From Eledone cirrhosa (taxonomy: Eukaryota), in the NCBI GenBank assembly GCA_964016885.1, contig OZ024742.1, forward strand, positions 166,470,001 to 166,534,000: a stretch of DNA of 64,000 nucleotides, in the 5' to 3' direction. The translations under genes and the position numbers were made by a program. This document shows, one piece after another, positions 53,201 through 62,200 of this stretch (positions are counted from its first letter, which is position 1; the number at the start of each line of letters is the position of its first letter). The notes under the pieces are model-generated. The model did not search any database. It saw nothing but the letters and a program-made list of their open reading frames with translations, and was not told the DNA's origin.

Positions 53201-56200
53201 AAAAAAAATCAAGGGGAGATAATTTGTAAAAAAAAATCAGGGGGAGATAATTTGTAAAAAAAAATCAGGGGGAGGTAATTTGTAAAAAAAATCAAGGGGA
53301 GATAATTTCCAGCCGTCCAAGGGAAGATAATTTCCAGCCCTCCAAGGGGCTATAATTTCCAGCGTCCAAGGGGAGATAATTTCCAGCCAGCGAAGGGGAG
53401 ATAATTTTTTTTTTTTTAAATCAGGGGGACATAATTTGTAAAAAAAATCAGGGGGAGATAATTTGTAAAAAAAATCAAGGGGAGATAATTTGTAAAAAAA
53501 AATCAGGGGGAGATAATTTGTAAAAAAAAATCAGGGGGAGATAATTTGTAAAAAAAATCAAGGGGAGATAATTTGTAAAAAAAAATCAAGGGGAGATAAT
53601 TTCCAGCCGTCCAAGGGGAGATAATTTTCAGCCGTCCAAGGGGAGATAATTTCCCGCCAGCCAATGAAAGATAATATTTAAAAAAATCAGGCGGAGATAA
53701 TTTGTAAAAAAAATCAGGGGGAGATAATTTGTAAAAAAATCAGGGGGAGATAATTTGTAAAAAAAAATCAGGGGGAGATAATTTGTAAAAAAAAATCAGG
53801 GGGAGATAATTTGTAAAAAAAATCAGGGGGAGATAATTTGTAAAAAAAATCAATTGGAGATAATTTCCAGCCGTCCAAGGGGAGATAATTTTCAGCCGTC
53901 CAAGGAGAGGTAATTTCTAGACGTCCAAGAGGAGATAATTTCCAGCCGTCCAAGGGGAGATAATTTCCAGCCGTCCAAGGGTAGATAATATCCAGCCGTC
54001 CAAGGAGACATATTTTCCAGCTTTCCAAGGAGAGGTAATTTCTAGCCGTCCAAGGGGAGATAAATTCCAGCCTCCAAGGGGAGATAATTTCCAGCCAGCC
54101 AAGGGGAGATAATTTGTAAAAAAATCAGGGGGAGATAATTTGTAAAAAAAATCAGGGGGAGATAATTTGTAAAAAAAATCAGGGGGAGATAATTTGTAAA
54201 AAACATCAAGGGGAGATAATTTCCAGCCGTCCAAGGGGAGATAATTTTCAGCCGTCCAAGGGGAGATAATTTCCCGCCAGCCAAGGGAAGATAATATTTA
54301 AAAAATGAGGCGGAGATAATTTGTAAAAAAAATCAGGGGGAGATAATTTGTAAAAAAATCAGGGGGAGATAATTTGTAAAAAAAAATCAGGGGGAGATAA
54401 TTTGTAAAAAAAATCAGGGGGAGATAATTAGTAAAAAAAATCAAGGGGAGATAATTTCCAGCCGTCCAAGGGGAGGTAATATCTAGCCGTCCAAGGGGAG
54501 ATAATTTCCAGCCGTCCAAGGGGAGATAATTTCCAGCCGTCCAAGGGTAGATAATATCCAGCCGTCCAAGTAGACATATTTTCCAGCCGTCCAAGGAGAG
54601 GTAATTTCTAGCCGTCCAAGGGGAGATAAATTCCAGCCTCCAAGGGGAGATAATTTCCAGCCAGCCAAGGGGAGATAATTTGTAAAAAAATCAGGGGGAG
54701 ATAATTTGTAAAAAAAATCAGGGGGAGATAATTTGTAAAAAAAAATCAGGGGGAGATAATTTGTAAAAAAAAATCAGGGGGAGATAATTTGTAAAAAAAA
54801 TCAGGGGGAGATAATTTGTAAAAAAAAATCAGGGGGAGATAATTTGTAAAAAAAAATCAGGGGGAGATAATTTTTTAAAAAAAATCAGGGGGAGATAATT
54901 TGTAAAAAAAATCAAGGGGAGATAATTTCCAGCCGTCCAAGGGGAGATAATTTCCAGCCGTCCAAGGGGAGGTAATATCTAGCCGTCCAAGGGGAGATAA
55001 TTTCCAGCCGTCCAAGAGGAGATAATTTCCAGCCGTCCAAGGGTAGATAATATCCAGCCGTCCAAGGAGACATATTTTCCAGCCGTCCAAGGAGAGGTAA
55101 TTTCTAGCCGTCCAAGGGGAGATAAATTCCAGCCTCCAAGGGGAGATAATTTGTAAAAAAAATCAGGGGGAGATAATTTGTAAAAAAAATCAGGGGGAGA
55201 TAATTTGTAAAAAAAAATCAGGGGGAGATAATTTGTAAAAAAAATCAGGGGGAGATAATTTGTAAAAACAAATCAAGGGGAGATAATTTCCAGCCGTCCA
55301 AGGGGAGATAATTTTCAGCCGCCCAAGGGGAGATAATTTCCCGCCAGCCAAGGGAAGATAATATTTAAAAAATCAGGCGGAGATAATTTGTAAAAAAAAT
55401 CAGGGGGAGATAATTTGTAAAAAAATCAGGGGGAGATAATTTGTAAAAAAAAAATCAGGGGGAGATAATTTGTAAAAAAAATCAGGGGGAGATGATTTGT
55501 AAAAAAAATCAGGGGTAGATAATTTGTAAAAAAAAATCAGGGGGAGATAATTTGTAAAAAAAAATCAGGGGGAGATAATTTGTAAAAAAAATCAAGAGGA
55601 GATAATTTCCAGCCGTCCAAGGGGAGATAATTTTCAGCCGTCCAAGGGGAGATAATTTCCAGCCGTCCAAGGGGAGATAATTTCCATCCTTCCAAGGGGA
55701 GATAATTTCCAGCCGTCCAAGGGGAGATAATTTCCCGCCAACCAAGGGAAGATAATTTTTAAAAAAATCAGGCGGAGATTGTAAAAAAAATCAGGGGGAG
55801 ATAATTTGTAAAAAAATCAGGGGGAGATAATTTGTAAAAAAAAAATCAGGGGGAGATAATTTGTAAAAAAAATCAGGGGGAGATAATTTGTAAAAAAAAA
55901 TCAAGGGGAGATAATTTGTACAAAAAATCAGGGGTATATAATTTGTAAAAAAAAATCAGGGGGAGATAATTTGTAAAAAAAAATCAGGGGGAGATAATTT
56001 GTAAAAAAAATCAAGGGGAGATAATTTGCAGCCGTCCAAGGGGAGATAATTTTCAGCCGTCCAAGGAGAGGTAATTTCTAGCCGTCCAAGGTGAGATAAT
56101 ATCCAGCCGTCCAAGGGGAGATAATTTCCAGCCGTCCAAGGGGAGATAATTTAAAAAAAAAACAGGCGAAGATAATTTGTAAAAAAAAAATCAGGGGGAG

Positions 56201-59200
56201 ATAATTTGTAAAAAAAAATCAGGGGGAGATAATTTGTAAAAAAAATCAGGGGGAGGTAATTTGTAAAAAAAATCAAGGGGAGATAATTTCCAGCCGTCCA
56301 AGGGAAGATAATTTCCAGCCCTCCAAGGGGCTATAATTTCCAGCGTCCAAGGGGAGATAATTTCCAGCCAGCGAAGGGGAGATAATTTTTTTTTTTTTAA
56401 ATCAGGGGGACATAATTTGTAAAAAAAATCAGGGGGAGATAATTTGTAAAAAAAATCAAGGGGAGATAATTTGTAAAAAAAAATCAGGGGGAGATAATTT
56501 GTAAAAAAAAATCAGGGGGAGATAATTTGTAAAAAAAATTAAGGGGAGATAATTTGTAAAAAAAAATCAAGGGGAGATAATTTCCAGCCGTCCAAGGAGA
56601 GGTAATTTCTAGACGTCCAAGGGGAGATAATTTCCAGCCGTCCAAGGGGAGATAATTTCCAGCCGTCCAAGGGTAGATAATATCCAGCCGTCCAAGGAGA
56701 CATATTTTCCAGCTTTCCAAGGAGAGGTAATTTCTAGCCGTCCAAGGGGAGATAAATTCCAGCCTCCAAGGGGAGATAATTTCCAGCCAGCCAAGAGGAG
56801 ATAATTTGTAAAAAAAATCAGGGGGAGATAATTTGTAAAAAAAATCAGGGGGAGATAATTTGTAAAAAAAATCAGGGGGAGATAATTTCCAGCCGTCCAA
56901 GGGGAGATAATTTTCAGCCGTCCAAGGGGAGATAATTTCCCGCCAGCCAAGGGAAGATAATATTTAAAAAATGAGGCGGAGATAATTTGTAAAAAAAATC
57001 GGGGAGATAATTTGTAAAAAAATCAGGGGGAGATAATTTGTAAAAAAAAAATGAGGGGGAGATAATTTGTAAAAAAAATCAGGGGGAGATAATTTGTAAA
57101 AAAAAATCAGGGGTAGATAATTTGTAAAAAAAAATCAGGGGGAGATAATTTGTAAAAAAAATCAGGGGGAGATAATTTATAAAAAAAATCAAGGGGAGAT
57201 AATTTCCAGCCGTCCAAGGGAAGATAATTTCAAGCCCACCAAGGGGCTATAATTTCCAGTGTCCAAGGGGAGATAATTTCCAGCCAGCGAAGGGGAGATA
57301 ATTTTTTTTTAAAAATCAGGGGGAGATTTGTAAAAAAAATCAGGGGGAGATAATTTGTAAAAAAAATCAAAGGGAGATAATTTCCAGCCGTCCAAAGAGA
57401 TAATTTCTAGCCGTCCAAGGGGAGATAATTTCGAGCCAAGGGGAGATAATTTCCAGCCGTCCAAGGGGAGATAATTTTTTAAAAAATCAGGTGGAGATAA
57501 TTTGTAAAAAAAATCAGGGGGAGATAATTTGTAAAAACAAAATCAAGGGCAGATAATTTCCAGCTGTCCAAGGGGAGATAATTTCCAGCCGTGCAAGGGG
57601 AGATAATTTCCAGCCGTCCAAGGGGAGATAATTTCCATCCTTCCAAGGGGAGATAATTTCCAGCCGTCCAAGGGGAGATAATTTCCCGCCAGCCAAGGGA
57701 AGATAATTTTTTAAAAAATCAGGCGGAGATTGTAAAAAAAATCAGGGGGAGATAATTTGTAAAAAAATCAGGGGGAGATAATTTGTAAAAAAATCAAGGG
57801 GAGATAATTTCCAGCTGTCCAAGGGGAGGTAATATCTAGCCGTCCAAGGGGAGATAATTTCCAGCCGTCCAAGGGGAGATAATTTCCAGCCGTCCAAGGG
57901 TAGATAATATCCAGCCGTCCAAGGAGACATATTTTCCAGCCGTCCAAGGAGAGGTAATTTCTAGCCGTCCAAGTGGAGATAAATTCCAGCCTCCAAGGGG
58001 AGATAATTTCCAGCCAGCCAAGGGGAGATAATTTGTAAAAAAATCAGGGGGAGATAATTTGTAAAAAAAATCAGGGGGAGATAATTTGTAAAAAAAAATC
58101 AGGGGGAGATAATTTGTAAAAAAAATCAGGGGGAGATAATTTGTAAAAAAAATCAAGGGGAGATAATTTCCAGCCGTCCAAGGGGAGATAATTTTCAGCC
58201 GTCCAAGGGGAGATAATTTCCCGCCAGCCAAGGCAAGATAATATTTAAAAAATGAGGCGGAGATAATTTGTAAAAAAAAATCAGGGGTAGATAATTTGTA
58301 AAAAAAATCAGGGGGAGATAATTTGTAAAAAAAATCACGGGGAGATAATTTCCAGCCGTCCAAGGAGAGATAATTTTTAAAAAAAATCAGGCGGAGATAA
58401 TTTGTAAAAAAAAAATCAGGGGGAGATAATTTGTAAAAAAAAATCAGGGGGAGATAATTTGTAAAAAAAATCAAGGGGAGATAATTTCCAGCCGTCCAAG
58501 GGGAGATAATTTTCAGCCGTCCAAGGGGAGATAATTTCCAGCCGTCCAAGGGGAGATAATTTTAAAAAAAAATCAGGGGGAGATAATTTGTAAAAAAAAA
58601 ATCAGGGGGAGATAATTTGTAAAAAAAAATCAGGGGGAGATAATTTGTAAAAAAAATCAAGGGGAGATAATTTGCAACCGTCAAAGGGGACATAATTTTC
58701 AGTCGTCCAAGGAGAGGTAATTTCTAGCCGTACAAGGGGAGATAATTTCCAGCCCTCCAAGGGGAGATAATTTCCAGCCGTCCAAGGGGAAATAATTTTT
58801 TTTTAAAAATCAGGCGGAGATAATTTGTAAAAAAAAAATCAGGGGGAGATAATTTGTAAAAAAAAATCAGGGGGAGATAATTTGTAAAAAAAAATCAGGG
58901 GGAGATAATTTGTAAAAAAAATCAAGGGGAGATAATTTCCAGCCGTCCAAGGGAAGATAATTTCCAGCCCTCCAAGGGGCTATAATTTCCAGCGTCCAAG
59001 GGGAGATAATTTCCAGCCAGCGAAGGGGAGATAATTGTTTTAAAAAAATCATTGGGAGATTTGTAAAAAAAATCAGGGGGAGATAATTAATAAAAAAAAT
59101 CAAGGGGAGATAATTTCCAGCCGTCCAAGGGGAGGTAATATCTAGCCGTCCAAGGGGAGATAATTTCCAGCCGTCCAAGGGGAGATAATTTCCAGCCGTC

Positions 59201-62200
59201 CAAGGGTAGATAATATCCAGCCGTCCAAGGAGACATATTTTCCAGCCGTCCAAGGAGAGGTAATTTCTAGCCGTCCAAGGGGAGATAAATTCCAGCCTCC
59301 AAGGGGAGATAATTTCCAGCCAGCCAAGGGGAGATAATTTGTAAAAAAATCAGGGGGAGATAATTTGTAAAAAAAATCAGGGGTAGATAATTTGTAAAAA
59401 AAAATCAGGGGGAGATAATTTGTAAAAAAAAATCAGGGGGAGATAATTTGTAAAAAAAAATCAAGGGGAGATAATTTCCAGCCGTCCAAGGAGAGATAAT
59501 TTTAAAAAAAAATCAGGCGGAGATAATTTGTAAAAAAAAATCAGGGGGAGATAATTTGTAAAAAAAAATCAGGGGGAGATAATTTGTAAAAAAAATCAAG
59601 GGGAGATAATTTCCAGCCGTCCAAGGGGAGATAATTTCCAGCCGTCCAAGGGGAGATAATTTTTTTAAAAAAATCAGGCGGAGATAATTTGTAAAAAAAA
59701 TCAGGGGGAGATAATTTGTAAAAAAAAATCAGGGGGAGATAATTTGTAAAAAAAAATCAGGGGGAGATAATTTCCAGCCGTCCAAGGTAAGATAATTTCC
59801 AGCCCTCCAAGGGGCTATAATTTCCAGCCGTCCAAGGGTAGATAATATCCAGCCGTCCAAGTAGACATATTTTCCAGCCGTCCAAGGAGAGGTAATTTCT
59901 AGCCGTCCAAGGGGAGATAAATTCCAGCCTCCAAGGGGAGATAATTTCCAGCCAGCCAAGGGGAGATAATTTGTAAAAAAATCAGGTGGAGATAATTTTT
60001 TAAAAAAATCAGGGGGAGATAATTTGTAAAAAAAAATCAGGGGGAGATAATTTGTAAAAAAAAATCAGGGGGAGATAATTTGTAAAAAAAAATCAGGGGG
60101 AGATAATTTGTAAAAAAATTCAAGGGGAGATAATTTCCAGCCGTCCAAGGGAAGATAATTTCCAGCCCTCCAAGGGGCTATAATTTCCAGCGTCCAAGGG
60201 GAGATAATTTCCAGCCAGCGAAGGGGAGATAATTGTTTTAAAAAAATCATTGGGAGATTTGTAAAAAAAATCAGGGGGAGATAATTAATAAAAAAAATCA
60301 AGGGGAGATAATTCCAGCCGTCCAAGGGGAGGTAATATCTAGCCGTCCAAGGGGAGATAATTTCCAGCCGTCCAAGGGGAGATAATTTCCAGCCGTCCAA
60401 GGGTAGATAATATCCAGCCGTCCAAGGAGACATATTTTCCAGCCGTCCAAGGAGAGGTAATTTCTAGCCGTCCAAGGGGAGATAAATTCCAGCCTCCAAG
60501 GGGAGATAATTTCCAGCCAGCCAAGGGGAGATAATTTGTAAAAAAATCAGGGGGAGATAATTTGTAAAAAAAGTCAGGGGTAGATAATTTGTAAAAAAAA
60601 ATCAGGGGGAGATAATTTGTAAAAAAAAATCAGGGGGAGATAATTTGTAAAAAAAATCAAGGGGAGATAATTTCCAGCCGTCCAAGGAGAGATAATTTTA
60701 AAAAAAAAATCAGGCGGTGATAATTTGTAAAAAAAAATCAGGGGGAGATAATTTGTAAAAAAAATCAGGGGGAGATAATTAGTAAAAAAAATCAAGGGGA
60801 GATAATTTCCAGCCGTCCAAGGGGAGGTAATATCTAGCCGTCCAAGGGGAGATAATTTCCAGCCGTCCAAGGGGAGATAATTTCCAGCCGTCCAAGGGTA
60901 GATAATATCCAGCCGTCCAAGTAGACATATTTTCCAGCCGTCCAAGGAGAGGTAATTTCTAGCCGTCCAAGGGGAGATAAATTCCAGCCTCCAAGGGGAG
61001 ATAATTTCTAGCCAGCCAAGGGGAGATAATTTGTAAAAAAATCAGGGGGAGATAATTTGTAAAAAAAATCAGGGGGAGATAATTTGTAAAAAAAAATCAG
61101 GGGGAGATAATTTGTAAAAAAAAATCAGGGGGAGATAATTTGTAAAAAAAATCAGGGGGAGATAATTTGTAAAAAAAAATCAGGGGGAGATAATTTGTAA
61201 AAAAAAATCAGGGGGAGATAATTTTTAAAAAAAAATCAGGGGGAGATAATTTGTAAAAAAAATCAAGGGGAGATAATTTCCAGCCGTCCAAGGGGAGATA
61301 ATTTCCAGCCGTCCAAGGGGAGGTAATATCTAGCCGTCCAAGGGGAGATAATTTCCAGCCGTCCAAGAGGAGATAATTTCCAGCCGTCCAAGGGTAGATA
61401 ATATCCAGCCGTCCAAGGAGACATATTTTCCAGCCGTCCAAGGAGAGGTAATTTCTAGCCGTCGAAGGGGAGATAAATTCCAGCCTCCAAGGGGAGATAA
61501 TTTGTAAAAAAAATCAGGGGGAGATAATTTGTAAAAAAAATCAGGGGGAGATAATTTGTAAAAAAAAATCAGGGGGAGATAATTTGTAAAAAAAATCAGG
61601 GGGAGATAATTTGTAAAAACAAATCAAGGGGAGATAATTTCCAGCCGTCCAAGGGGAGATAATTTTCAGCCGCCCAAGGGGAGATAATTTCCCGCCAGCC
61701 AAGGGAAGATAATATTTAAAAAATCAGGCGGAGATAATTTGTAAAAAAAATCAGGGGGAGATAATTTGTAAAAAAATCAGGGGGAGATAATTTGTAAAAA
61801 AAAAATCAGGGGGAGATAATTTGTAAAAAAAATCAGGGGGAGATGATTTGTAAAAAAAATCAGGGGTAGATAATTTGTAAAAAAAAATCAGGGGGAGATA
61901 ATTTGTAAAAAAAAATCAGGGGGAGATAATTTGTAAAAAAAATCAAGAGGAGATAATTTCCAGCCGTCCAAGGGGAGATAATTTTCAGCCGTCCAAGGGG
62001 AGATAATTTCCAGCCGTCCAAGGGGAGATAATTTCCATCCTTCCAAGGGGAGATAATTTCCAGCCGTCCAAGGGGAGATAATTTCCCGCCAACCAAGGGA
62101 AGATAATTTTTAAAAAAATCAGGCGGAGATTGTAAAAAAAATCAGGGGGAGATAATTTGTAAAAAAATCAGGGGGAGATAATTTGTAAAAAAAAAATCAG

